Origin: an uncultured delta proteobacterium
Lineage (GTDB): Bacteria > Myxococcota > Myxococcia > SLRQ01
Direction: 5' to 3'
Assembly: GCA_963727485.1 (NCBI GenBank)
Contig: CAVSGM010000001.1
Span: forward strand, 96,001 to 160,000
DNA: 64,000 nucleotides
Program-made: the position numbers and the translations under genes
Notes under the pieces: generated by a model
Seen by the model: only the letters and a program-made list of their open reading frames with translations
Databases searched by the model: none
Told to the model about the DNA's origin: nothing
In this document: one piece after another, positions 19,386 through 29,919 of the stretch
Position numbering within the stretch: position 1 is the first letter of the stretch
How the letters are laid out: every line of letters begins with the position of its first letter

Positions 19386-19496
19386 TCTAGGCCGCCGGCA
19401 GCGGCCGCAGGAGCACCCGCGCCGGCGCTCCGTCGGCGCCCACCAGGCGCAGGGGCAGGCACACCAGGTCGTAGCCGCCGGCCGGGGCCCCGGTGA
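18435..19496 (+). CDS. IS481-family DDE transposase (ORF runs past the IS end)
   Basis: MNVHSHARTTP start, HTH, RYERSEPGELLHLDVKKLG, IDDYSRLAY, TDNGS, TRPYTPRTNGKAERF, YNLKRPH. Confidence 0.93.
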   Translation: MNVHSHARTTPISRGLIIQRVQLEGWTVGDAADAAGVSERTAYKWLRRHREEGHSGLLDRTSRPRRMPQQLGEKWRQLVLELRREHRMTGKAIAQRLRLGRSTVSRLLRRHRPSRARDLEPKLPPRRYERSEPGELLHLDVKKLGRIKGVGHRITGVRTHRNRGIGWDYVHVCIDDYSRLAYVEVLENEKAVTTHGFLQRAIAWFERHGIQVREIMTDNGSPYVSRLFRHAINERSLRHIRTRPYTPRTNGKAERFIQTTLREWAYARPYTSSAERARALKKWLRHYNLKRPHGSLDDRPPISRLDRAAWTTRRHSTSRPPAAAAGAPAPALRRRPPGAGAGTPGRSRRPGPR

Positions 19497-20022
19497 GGTC
19501 GAGGCCCTCGAGGATCCACACCCCGGCGTCGAGCAGGGCCTTGTGGATCGCGGTGGGCGACTCGTCGAGCGGGCTCACCGAGAGGCAGTCGATGCCCACC
19601 AGGGCGAGCTTGCGCTCGGCGAGGAAGCGCGCCGCCGAGAGGCTCAGGTGCACCAGCGGCCCGTGCTTCGCCGCCAGGTTGGAGTTGCGGGTGCGCAGGA
19701 GGAGGCGCTCGCCGGGCTGCGGGTCCACCGCCTCCAGGGCCTCCCGGGTCACCCGCGCCGGATCGGTGATCTCCACCACCCGCGCCGGCCCCATCGCCAC
19801 CGAGAGGGGCAGGGCGTCGACGGTGGCGCCCCCGGGGATGAGGTGCGCCGGGGCGTCGACGTGGGTCCCGGCGTGGGTGCCCAGCTTGAGCTGGGACACC
19901 GCCACGGTGCTGCCCCCCTCGGCGCGCTCGAGGCGCTCGAGGGCCACCGGGGGATCCCCCGGCCACCCGACCATGCCGTCGTGGAGCGGAACGGTGACGT
20001 CAATCCAGGTCTCTTCGTGCAT
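19387..20022 (-). CDS. Cyclase-family metal-dependent hydrolase (kynurenine formamidase-like)
   Basis: WPGDPP, HAGTHVDAPAH metal motif, GIDCLS, ILEGLDL, LPLRLVGADGAPARV. Confidence 0.9.
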   Translation of the reverse strand: MHEETWIDVTVPLHDGMVGWPGDPPVALERLERAEGGSTVAVSQLKLGTHAGTHVDAPAHLIPGGATVDALPLSVAMGPARVVEITDPARVTREALEAVDPQPGERLLLRTRNSNLAAKHGPLVHLSLSAARFLAERKLALVGIDCLSVSPLDESPTAIHKALLDAGVWILEGLDLTGAPAGGYDLVCLPLRLVGADGAPARVLLRPLPAA

Positions 20023-20121
20023 GGCGCCCCCCGGCTGCGGCGCCGTCGTCGGCGCCAGCCGAAAAGGTGGGGGCTGCGCGCCCGCCAGGCAAGGCGCCCG
20101 GGTCCTCCGGGGCCCCCGCGC

Positions 20122-23100
20122 CTACCGCGCCGCCTCGGCCGCCTGCGCCACCCGGGTCCCGGCCGGCCTCCCACGCGCCGCCGCCAGCTTCCCCATCTGC
20201 ACCGGGAGGTCCTGCCCCTGGGCGGTGTCCACCTTGGCGCAGAACCGCGCCAGGGCCGGGTAGGCGTCGGGCTTCACCCGGACCAGGGCCAGCACCAGGT
20301 CGTCGTGGATCGTCAGGGTGTCCCCCTTGGCCGCCACCGTGCGCTGGTAGTGGCCAAACGGCCCGTCGAGGGTCACCGCCGGCCCGGCGCCCCCGTCAAG
20401 CCGCGTCCCCGGGGGCAGGGTCACGGTGACCTTCATCTGCTGGGTGGTCTCGGTGTCGAGGAGCAGCGGCAGGGTCCGGTCGGCGACGGTGATGAGCTTG
20501 CGCGAGAGCTCGGCGGGGAAGAGGCTCGAGCCCGGGAGCACCATCTGCTTCCCGTCGACCCGGGCCCAGCCGGTGGCCTTGAAGGTGTAGTGGATGGTCA
20601 GCGGCGTCCCCGGCGCCGAGGCCGGGTCGTCTCCGTCGAAGGAGAGCTTCTCCAGGGTCATGCCCCCGAAGCTCTGGGACAGCCCCGACTCCACCACCTG
20701 CTTGCGCCGCGCCGGGTCCACCCGGGAGATGCCCGAGCGCACCATCGCCGCCCCGAAGCCGGTGTAGCGCTCGGAGCCGGTGGCCTCGAGGTCGCCCTTC
20801 GCGTCGACCTTCAGGTGCAGGTCCACCACCTTGGCGTCCAGCTTCCGGGAGGTGCCCGGGGTCTTCACCAGCTCGGTCGGGTGCCCCGGCTCGGCCAGGA
20901 GCAGGGCCCGGCGCCCGGCGTGGACCGGCCGCAGGGTCCCCAGGGGGTTGGTGCGGAGGTTCTGGTCGAGCCAGAGGAAGCGACCGCCGCCAACGTCCAC
21001 CCGGAGCACCGCGTGGGTGTAGAGGCCCGGGGAGGGGAAGCGGTAGGTCGAGGGATCGGCGGCGAACGGCCGGATGAGGGCCACCCGGCTTGTGACCCCC
21101 AGGGCCTTGAGGGCGGCCCGGGTGAGGAGCAGGCGGTTCCCGCGGCCCGAGGCCAGCACCCGCACCGCGTCCTCGTCCACCCGGTTGGAGGGGGTGCGCC
21201 CGGCGATCTTCGCGTCCACCGCCGTGGCCACCGCCAGGGCGACCTTCCGCGGGTCCTTCCGGGCGGCCGGGGACAGCGTCGCCTCCGCCTTGGCGGCGAA
21301 GGCGCGGATCGACGGGGTGATGCGATCGTGGCCGACCAGGAAGTCGCCCCACAGATCCCCGAAAGACTTGGGCCCGGCGCCGGCGCCCACCCGGAACCAG
21401 GGCAGGAACTCGTCGGAGCCGGTCTCGGCGGTCTCGTGCTGGAGGGCCGGCGACCGGCGCCGCTCGTAGCGCCAGGAGAGGGTGTCGCCGTCCTGCTTCA
21501 CCTTGGGCACCTGGCCCAGGTTGTGGGCCTCGACCGTCAGGCCCACCGCCTTGGGCGCCCGGACCTCGTAGGTGGAGTCCCACAGGGGCATGTCGAAGAC
21601 CTGCACGTACCAGGGCTGCTCGGCCCAGCCGGGGAGCTGGGGCGCCCGGGGCCCGTTCATCTGCAGGTAGTCGGAGACCACGAAGTCGCCGGCCTCGAGG
21701 TTGGGCATGGAGACCTGGCGCTTGCCGGCCACGTCCTCGGGGCGGAGGATCCGCCCGTCGGCCTTGCGCACGTAGAGGTCGAGGAGCTGCGCCCCCTCGG
21801 GGACGGTGGTCTCGCCGTTGTTGTCGATGCCCTTCTTGGTGAGGACCTGGGTGACGGACTGGATGCGCTCCAGCCACACCGGCTGGGTCGGGTCCTCGGC
21901 GAAGGCCTGCACCGCCGCGTGGTCCACCACCGCCACCTGGTCGGCGCCGGGGTGGGCCTCGCCCTCCTTCTGGTAGGCGGCGATGAGCCCCGGGAGGTCG
22001 AGGCCGCCCCAGGTCATCAGGTCGTGGCCGTCCTGGAAGGCGAGCGACCGGCGCAGGGAGAGATCCCCGGGGGCGAGGTGGAGGGCCGCCTCGCGCCAGG
22101 TGCGGGCCGCCTTGGGGTCCCCGGCGTCGGCGTAGATCCGGCCGAGCTGCTCGGCGAGGCTCTCCACCCGGGGCCACACCGCCAGCGCCCGCTTCAGGGC
22201 GGCCTCGGCGGCGGGGTAGTGCCGCTGCTCATCCTCGAGCTGGGCCAGGCGCATCGCCGGGCGCAGGCGGGTGGGGTGGAGGGCGGCCACCCGGGCATAG
22301 GCCTTGCTGGCCGCCGCGAGGTCCCCGCGGGTGGCGCGCAGGTCGGCCCAGCCCAGCAGCCCCTGGACCCCGCAGGGCTTGATCGTGATCGCCGCGGCGT
22401 CGGTCCCGCCGATGTCGCCGTCGTCGCTGCGGGCCTGGTAGACCTGCTCCCGGAGGGCGCAGGAGCGGGGGCGGGCCCGGAGGCCCTGCTCCAGGGCCTC
22501 GCGCGCCAGGACCGGGAGCTTCTGGGCCTGGTCGAGGCGGGCCCGGGCGATGAAGAGCATGGGCGCGGTGGGCGCGAGCGCCGCCACCTCGGCGAGGCGG
22601 GTGCGCGCGTCGCCGAAGCGCGACTGGGAGATGGCGATGTGGGCCAGAAGCAGCCGGGCCCGGGCCTCCTCGGGGCTGGCCTTGGCGGCGGCCTCGGCGG
22701 CGTTGGCGGCCCGACCGGCGCGCAGGTCCCGGGGGAGGCTCCGGTCGCGCTCGTCGACCCGGGCCTCGAGGTACCGGGCCCAGGCGAACTTCGGCGCCGA
22801 CTTCAGGGTCGCGGCGAGGGCAACCTTGGCCTCGGGGACGTCGTCGGCGAGGCGGAGCTCGGCGGTGAGCCACCCGGCGAGGGCGTCGGTGGGATCGGCC
22901 CGGCGCTGGTCGGCGAGCCACGCGGCCAGCCCCGCCGGGGCCGGCGTCACCGCCACCGAGGGGCGCTTGGGATCCTTGGCCCAGGGCGCCGGCGCCTCGG
23001 CCGCCGCCAGGGTGTGGGCCGTGTCCCAGGTGACCTGCGCCGGGTGACCCGCGGGGTCGAGGAGGGCGATCTGGAGGTCGCCGAAGCCCTGGCCGTGGAC

Positions 23101-24059
23101 CAGGCGCACCATGACCCGGTGGGTGCCCCCGGAGAGGGCGAGGCCCACGTACCCGGCGCTCGCCGGGTCCTCGCGGACGGCGTCCCGGTGGAGGACCCGC
23201 ACCCCGTCGACGTAGAGGGCCACCGTGGCGCCGCTCTGCCACCGCAGGACGTAGTCCCCGGGCGCCTTCACCGTCAGGTCGCTCATGGCGAAGTAGACGT
23301 CGCCCCCCGGGGGCTCGCCCGAGAGGTCGAGGAGGCCCGAGGGGGCGGGGTGGCGCCGGGGCGTAAGCGGCCCGAGGGGACCCTGGGCGTGGGCGGCGAG
23401 GTGGCCGGTCTTCTGGGGGGGAACACGGTGTCGAGGTCGAGGCTGGTGAACCGGGAGTAGGGGCCCTCGAGCTCCCAGGCCGGCGGCCCCCCGGCGGCGT
23501 CGGCGATCTTCCGGGCGCCCTCGAGGTCGCCCTCGCGGCCGAGGAGCCGGGCGAGGACGTCCCGGGCCTCGGCCCGGACCCGGGGGCGGACCCCGTCCTC
23601 GGTGAGGAGCTTCTCCAGGGTGCGCCGGGCGTCGGCGTCGACCCCGGCGTCGGTGCCCAGGGCGTCGGGGAGCCAGCGGATGGCCAGCTCGGCGAGGGGG
23701 TCGCCCGGGGCCCGGTCGAGGATGGCGAGCTCGGCCCGGGCGGCGCCGTCGACGTCGAGGCGGGCCCGGTCGGCGGCGGCCAGCCCCAGCCAGGCGAGCG
23801 GCGCCTTGGGGTCCCGGGCGATGGCGGCCTTCCACCTGCGGGTGGCGGTGGCGAGGTCGTGGCCCCGGATCAGGGCCACCCACCCGGCCCGGGCCACGGC
23901 CTCGGGGGCGGCGCCGGGGTCGGCGGCCACCGAGGTGGCCCGGGCGAGGGCGCTTTGGGCGGGGACGTTCGTGCCCAGGAGGCTGTGGCCGGCACCGGTG
24001 GTGACGCAGCCGGCAGAGCCCAGGGCGAGGAGGAGCGCGAAGGCAAGGAGGCGTCGCAT
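20122..24059 (-). CDS. Lipoprotein with TPR repeats, DUF3857-like and degenerate transglutaminase-like domains; one frameshift near 23420
   Basis: MRRLLAFALLLALGSAGC lipobox at 24059 (frame of ORF 23283..27941). The frame switches in a G7 run at 23415-23421 into ORF 20122..23883. TPR-like helices; HAVLRV..WLD fold remnants. Confidence 0.72.
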
Positions 24060-24073
24060 GGGGGTGTCCTGGA

Positions 24074-27000
24074 TCAACGGGCGGCGGGGGGGGCGGCGTC
24101 GGCGGTGCGGGCGGGGACCAGGACCACCTTGCTCGCCTCGGCGCGGTCGAGGGTGCCGAGGAAGTGCCGGAAGGCGGGGTAGTCCTTGACCTTCACCCGG
24201 TTCACCGAGAGCACCACCGTGCCCGTGGCCACCAGGCCGTCCGGGGTGCGCTTCCAGTCGATGGCGAAGTGGCCGAAGGGGCTCTGGCTCGACGTCGACG
24301 CGGGCAGCCCGTTGACGGTCCACCCGGCGGGGAGCTTCACCGTGTAGCTGAAGCGGCTCTCGAAGGGGTAGCCGATGATGAGGTCGTAGTGGCGGGAGGA
24401 CAGGGCCGCGTAGCGCTCGGTGTAGGTGCGCCCGCCGCCGAAGGGGGTGAACACGAAGTCCCCGCCGGTGGGCGTCGCCAGCCGGGGGATCTTCAGGGAG
24501 AACTCGGCGGTGACCGGCTTCTCCAGGTCCTCGAGGTCCGGCATCGAGAGCTGGGTCACCTTGGCGCCGGGGAAGCTCCCGGACCAGCTCTGCTCGAAGA
24601 GCGTGCGCCGCTGGTCCAAAGCCTGGTAGGCCTGCCGATAGCCGTAGGCGCCGTTGCCCTGGATCGCGTAGGTGCCGCTCGCCACCGCGTTGCCCTGGGG
24701 GTCGAGGGTGAAGGTGATCTGCGTCGAGGAGTGGTTCGCCTGCGGGCCCACGAAGGGGATGGTGCCCAGGTGCGAGGCCCCGGGATCCCGCGGGTCGACC
24801 ACCAGCACCGTGGCCCCCCGGTCCATGGACGGAAGCTCCTTCGTGCCCGCCATCTCCGCGGTGCCGTCGAGGAAGGTCTTGAGGCCGGGGACGTAGAGGA
24901 TGGCGTGGTTGAACACCGCGAGCGACGCGGGGTGGGGCGGCAGCGAGCCCAGGTCCCGGGTGCGCACGATCACCGGGTCGGAGTGGATCCCGATGGCCTT
25001 GAGCAGGGCGTACATCAGCGACGCCTTGTCCTTGCAGTCGCCGAAGCGCCGCTGGTCGATCTGGTCCACCCGGTAGGGCTTGAAGCCGTGGATCCCGAAC
25101 TCCAGGGCCACGTAGCGGGTCTTGGTGACCACGTAGTGGTAGACGGCGGTGACCCGGGCCCGGAGGTCGTCCTTGGGGATCCCCTCGACCAGGCTCTGGG
25201 CGAGCTTGACCAGGTCCGGGGTGGGGACGAGCTGGTCCTTGATCAGCCCCCACCACCACCTGGCCACCTGGCCGTAGTCCTCGTAGGTGGTGATGTGGAG
25301 GTAGGGCGCGACCTCGGTCCACCCGGGCATCCGCGCCTCGGGGACGATGGCGGGGACGTCGTGGGCCTGCCACCGCAGCACCTGGGCGCCGGTGGGGGTC
25401 TTGTCCACCTGGTGGGTGAGGCCGGCGAGCCTGGGCTGGTTGAAGTAGAAGGTGCGCCCCGGGGGGCCGATGAGCACGTACTGCTCGTGGCGGATGGGGC
25501 TGGTGTCCTGGAGGAAGTCGAGGTCGCCGAAGTAGTCGCCGAACATGTTGGCGGCGGCGACGTCGTCGACCCGATAGCTGACCTCCACCGTGTCCCCCAC
25601 GTGGACGTCGGGGAAGGCGATGATCCGCGCCCGGAGGTCGTACCAGGTCTGGTACCAGGGCTCGGAGAGGTTGCGCTCCCCCTCGCTGCGCGCCTGGACC
25701 ACGGTGCCGTCGGGCTTCATCACCCGGGCCTGGAGCACCCGCAGCTCCTGGTCGCCGGGGGTGTAGCTCACCGAGTAGCTGCGCAGCTGGTCGACCCCGC
25801 GCTGGGTGATGGCCTTGCGGATCACCTGGACGATGCGGCTCTCGAGGCCGTTGGGGTGGACCCGGACCACCGTGAGGTCCTCGAGGGTCCAGACGTCGGC
25901 GTTCGCCGGCGCCTTGGCGGTGGCGGTGGCCTTGGCCACCTGGGCGAGGTCGGCGCGGTAGGGCTCGGCGAAGTCGGCGACCTTCTTCTCCAGGGTGTGG
26001 CGCAGGGTGGAGATGTCCGTGTCCTGGGGGCGGAGCGTCGCCGCCCGCTTCAGGTCGGCGAGCGCCGCCTCCCGGTGCCCGTGGCGCAGGTAGCTGCGGG
26101 CGCGGCCGAAGTAGACCCCGGCGTTGTCCGGGGCCACGGCCAGGGCCCGGGCGAAGACCTTGTTCGCCGCCTGGGGCTTGCCGTTGGCCGAGAGGAGGTC
26201 GGCGAGGCGCAGGTAGGGGTAGAGGTTCGCCGGGTCGAAGTCCCGGAGGGCCTCGAGCTGGTCCACCGCCCCGTCGAGGTGGCCCTGGCGGAGCATCAGG
26301 CTCATCAGGGCGTTGTGCAGCCGGGGATCGGCGGGATAGAGGGCGGTGGCCACCCGCAGGTGGGCGCAGGGCGGCGTCGAGGCGGTCGTGGGAGCGGTCG
26401 ACCGAGGCGGCCGCCTGGAGGACCTTGGCGTCGAGGGGGAAGCGCGCGAGGAGCGAGCGGATCCGCTGCTCCCGGTCCTCGGCGAAGCCGGCGTCGCCCT
26501 CGGCCCGGGCGGCGAGGAGCTGGGCCTGGACGTCGTCGGGGTGGACGTGGATCGCCAGGCGCAGGCGCGCCAGGGCCTTGCGCGGGTAGCCCTGCTGGAG
26601 GTCGAGGGCCGCAAGCGAGACCCCGGCCTCGGAGTGGGGATCGCGGGCGACCGCCCGCTCCAGGGCCAGGCGGCGGCGGTTGGCGTCGTTCTCGTAGGCG
26701 GCCACCAGGAGGGGGTAGCGGGCCGAGGCCGGGTCCTTGGGATCGGCCGCGGCCTCGGCGGCCTTGGCCTCGGCGAGGTCCTTGCGGTCGGTGCGGTCGA
26801 AGGGGAAGAAGTGGTGGAGGGCCTCGGCGGCGTCCCCGAGGTCCGCGGCGTCCCGGGGGTGGGCCTTGGCCCGGGCGAGGAGCTGGTCGAGGACCCGCTT
26901 GGGGGTGGGCGCGGTCACCGGGTGGCGCCGGGTCCTGGCCTTGGCGGGGGGCTCGGCCGCGGCCACGGTGGCGCTGTGCTTCTCGGCCTCGGGGCCCGCC

Positions 27001-27941
27001 TTGGCGGCGGCCTGCGCCGCCGCGGTGCCCCGGTCGAGGTCGGTCTTGGGATCGACGACCGTGACCCCCCGGAGGCGGTTGCCGTCGGCGTCGGTGATCC
27101 GGAGGTAGTAGCCCAGCATCCCCTGCTGCTGGGTGATCTTGAGGAGCACCGGGTTGTCGCCGGCGTGGAGGACCACCGGGACCGCCGCCTGGTCGAAGCG
27201 GGGCGGGTGGTCGCCGGGGTCGGCGTGGACCGGCTTGCCGTCGACCCAGACCTTGGTGGCCCCGGGGGTGCCCAGGCGCAGGACCGCGCCCAGGTCCTTG
27301 GGGGCCTCGAGGACCACCCGGACGTAGAGCGCCACCTGGCTGCTCGGGCTCACCAGGGACGAGAGGTCGACGTAGCCGAGGGGGAAGACCTTCGGCAGCA
27401 CCCGCCAGCGCACCGGCCAATCCTTGCCGGCGACCGCCTCCGCCGCGTCGGGGCCCTCACCGGCGAGGGCGGCCTTCTCCGGGGGCAGGACCTGGTCGTA
27501 GGCGGCGCCGTTGTCGTTGGGGAACGGGCCCACCATCAGCCCTGTGGTCACGAGCCCCAGGCTGCGGACCCAGCGCTCGGCCCGGGGCCGCCGCCCCCGG
27601 CGCCACTCGACCTCGGCCAGGCAGAGCCGGGCGTAGGCGCGGACCTCCCCCTCGGCCCGGCGGCTCAGGGCCGCCCGGCGCAGGACCTGGGCCAGCCGGG
27701 GCAGGCGGGTCACCTGGTCGATGAGGCCGTGGAGGTGGACCAGGTCGACCATCGCCTGGGCGTCGCCGAGGTGGGCCTCGAGGTCCTGGGCGAGGGTCTC
27801 GATCCGCGCGTCGGCCCGGGTCGGGGGCTCGGCGGCCTTCGGGGCGGCGCCCGAGGGAGCGGCCCCCAGGAGGCCCGGGAGGGCGAGGAGGAGGACGAGG
27901 GCCATCTGGGGACGGGAGCGTGGGGTCATTCGCGTAACCAT
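24074..27941 (-). CDS. Secreted TPR + DUF3857 + transglutaminase-like protein; one frameshift near 26368
   Basis: Signal peptide, GPFPND..PPE N-domain, TPRs, DUF3857 (F.DVHVGDTVEVSY), RYVALEFG..GDCKDKASL..FNHAI..FLDGT catalytic triad. Joins ORFs 23283..27941 and 24074..26614. Confidence 0.8.
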
Positions 27942-27999
27942 GCCAAAAGGAGTGCTTGGATTACAGGCGGAAGGGGCCGCTCATTTCCCAAGTGGCGCG

Positions 28000-28027
28000 A
28001 CTGACCAATTGAACTAATCTGGTCAGT
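28000..28027 (+). promoter_or_regulatory. Putative TetR operator overlapping a -10 box
   Basis: Perfect inverted repeat ACTGACCA-N12-TGGTCAGT ending directly at ATG 28028; TAATCT at 28015-28020. Confidence 0.7.
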
Positions 28028-28696
28028 ATGAGCAAGCCCCGGTACGCGGACCTCGAGGCCCTCTTCGACGCCTTCGACGGCACCGGGGACCTCGATGAGC
28101 CTAGGGCCGAGAAGCGGCGGCGCATCCTCACCGCCGCGAGCCGCCGCTTCCTCGACCAGGGCTACCGGAAGACCACGGTGGAGGAGGTCGCCGAGGACGC
28201 CGGGGTGGCCAAGGGCACCGTCTACCTCTACTTCCCCTCCAAGGCCGACCTGCTGATCCACGCGGTGGCCGAGGAGAAGCGGACCTACGTCCTCGCCCTC
28301 GCCCCGGTCCTCACCGCCCAGATGCCCGCCCCCGAGCGCCTGCGCACCTGGATCCGGGTGGGCCTCGGCCTCGCCGAGCAGATGCCGCTCACCGCCCGCC
28401 TCCTCCGGGGGGACCGGGAGATCCTGGCGGTGGTCCACGACCTCGGAGACGCCTGGAGCCAGATGGTCGACACCCAGCTCGAGGTGGTCGCCGAGCTCCT
28501 CGGCGAGGCGGCGCCCCACCTCCGCCGCCACCGGGCCCGGCTCCTGGAGCGCACCCGGATCCTCATGGGCCTCCTCTTCGCCGCCGCCCTCACCCCCGAC
28601 GCCCGCCTCCGGGGGGGCCTCGATCCCGAGCGCTGGGCCGACGGCCTCTCGCACCTCATCGTCGACGGCATCCTCGCCAAGGAGGGGACCCGATGA
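28028..28696 (+). CDS. TetR/AcrR family regulator
   Basis: ILTAASRRF..GYRKTTVEEVAEDAGVAKGTVYLYFPSKADL HTH. Confidence 0.92.
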   Translation: MSKPRYADLEALFDAFDGTGDLDEPRAEKRRRILTAASRRFLDQGYRKTTVEEVAEDAGVAKGTVYLYFPSKADLLIHAVAEEKRTYVLALAPVLTAQMPAPERLRTWIRVGLGLAEQMPLTARLLRGDREILAVVHDLGDAWSQMVDTQLEVVAELLGEAAPHLRRHRARLLERTRILMGLLFAAALTPDARLRGGLDPERWADGLSHLIVDGILAKEGTR

Positions 28697-29907
28697 ACGT
28701 GTTCCGCATGGCCTGGCGCAACGTCTGGCGCAACCGCCGCAGGAGCCTGGTGACCATCGGCGCCATGACCCTCTCGCTCTTCGTCATGGTCCTCTACTCG
28801 GGCCTGGTCCAGGGGATGCTGGTGACCATGCAGGCCGACGTGGTCAACCTCGAGGTCGGGGACATCCAGGTCTTCGCCCCCGGCTACCTCGACCGGCCCT
28901 CGCTGTTCACCCGCATCTCGCAGGTCGGGCCCCTGCTCACCCGCCTCGACCAGGCGGGCTTCGCCGCCGCCCCGCGCCTCCTCGCCGGGGCGCTCGCCGC
29001 CCACGGGGAGCAGAGCGCCGGGGTGCAGCTGCGGGGCATCGACCCGGGGCGCGACCGGACGGTGAGCCAGATCTGGGATCACGTCACCCGGGGCAAGTGG
29101 GTGGCCGACGCGGACCCCAGGGGCGTGGTCATCGGCGGGCGGCTGGCCAAGACCCTGGGGGTGAAGGTCGGCGGCGAGCTCATCCTCCTCGGCCAGGCCG
29201 CCGACGGGAGCCTCGCCAACGACCTCTTCCACGTCCGCGGCATCCTGGGGACCATCTCCGACGCCACCGATCGCGCCGCGGTCTTCGTCCCCGAGCCCGA
29301 GCTCCGGGGCTTCCTCGCCATCCCCCACGGGGTGCACCAGCTCCTCGTCCGCTCCCCGGCGGGGATGCCGCTGAAGGCCGCCACCGCCGAGGCGGCGCGC
29401 CTGGCCAAGGGCGAGACGGTGCGCTCCTGGCGCCAGCTCATGCCCACCGTGGCCTCGATGATCGACTCGGCCAAGGGGACGGTGCAGATCGTCTCCCTGG
29501 TGGTCTACCTGGCGGTGGCCATCCTCATCCTCAACGCCATGCTCATGGCGGTCTTCGAGCGCATCCGCGAGTTCGGGGTCCTCAAGGCCATCGGCGCCGG
29601 CCCCGGGCGGGTGCTCTCGCTCATCCTCCTGGAGAGCGCCGCCCAGGTGGCCATCGCGGTGGGGGTGGGCCTGGCGCTCGCGGTCCCGGGGATGTGGTTC
29701 CTTGCCACCCACGGCCTCGATCTCGGGGCCATGGGCGGCCTCTCCGCCATGGGCGTGGCCATGCCCACGGTGTGGCGGGGGGTCTACGACGGCGCATCGG
29801 TGTCGGGTCCGGTGGTGACCCTCGCCGTCCTCGCCCTCCTGGCGGTGCTCTACCCGGCCCTCAAGGCCGCCTGGGTGAGCCCGTTGAAGGCGATGCATCA
29901 CCACTGA
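28693..29907 (+). CDS. ABC transporter permease, LolC/E-MacB/FtsX type
   Basis: AWRNVWRNRRRS start, periplasmic domain, ERIREFGVLKAIG, YPA..A C-terminus. Confidence 0.9.
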   Translation: MNVFRMAWRNVWRNRRRSLVTIGAMTLSLFVMVLYSGLVQGMLVTMQADVVNLEVGDIQVFAPGYLDRPSLFTRISQVGPLLTRLDQAGFAAAPRLLAGALAAHGEQSAGVQLRGIDPGRDRTVSQIWDHVTRGKWVADADPRGVVIGGRLAKTLGVKVGGELILLGQAADGSLANDLFHVRGILGTISDATDRAAVFVPEPELRGFLAIPHGVHQLLVRSPAGMPLKAATAEAARLAKGETVRSWRQLMPTVASMIDSAKGTVQIVSLVVYLAVAILILNAMLMAVFERIREFGVLKAIGAGPGRVLSLILLESAAQVAIAVGVGLALAVPGMWFLATHGLDLGAMGGLSAMGVAMPTVWRGVYDGASVSGPVVTLAVLALLAVLYPALKAAWVSPLKAMHHH

Positions 29908-29919
29908 CCGGAGGCGGCC

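Noticed and set aside
23283..27941. A single 1552-aa protein as given by the ORF track
   Set aside because: It is a chimera of the N-terminus of one gene, an off-frame middle, and the N-terminus of the next gene, caused by frameshifts.
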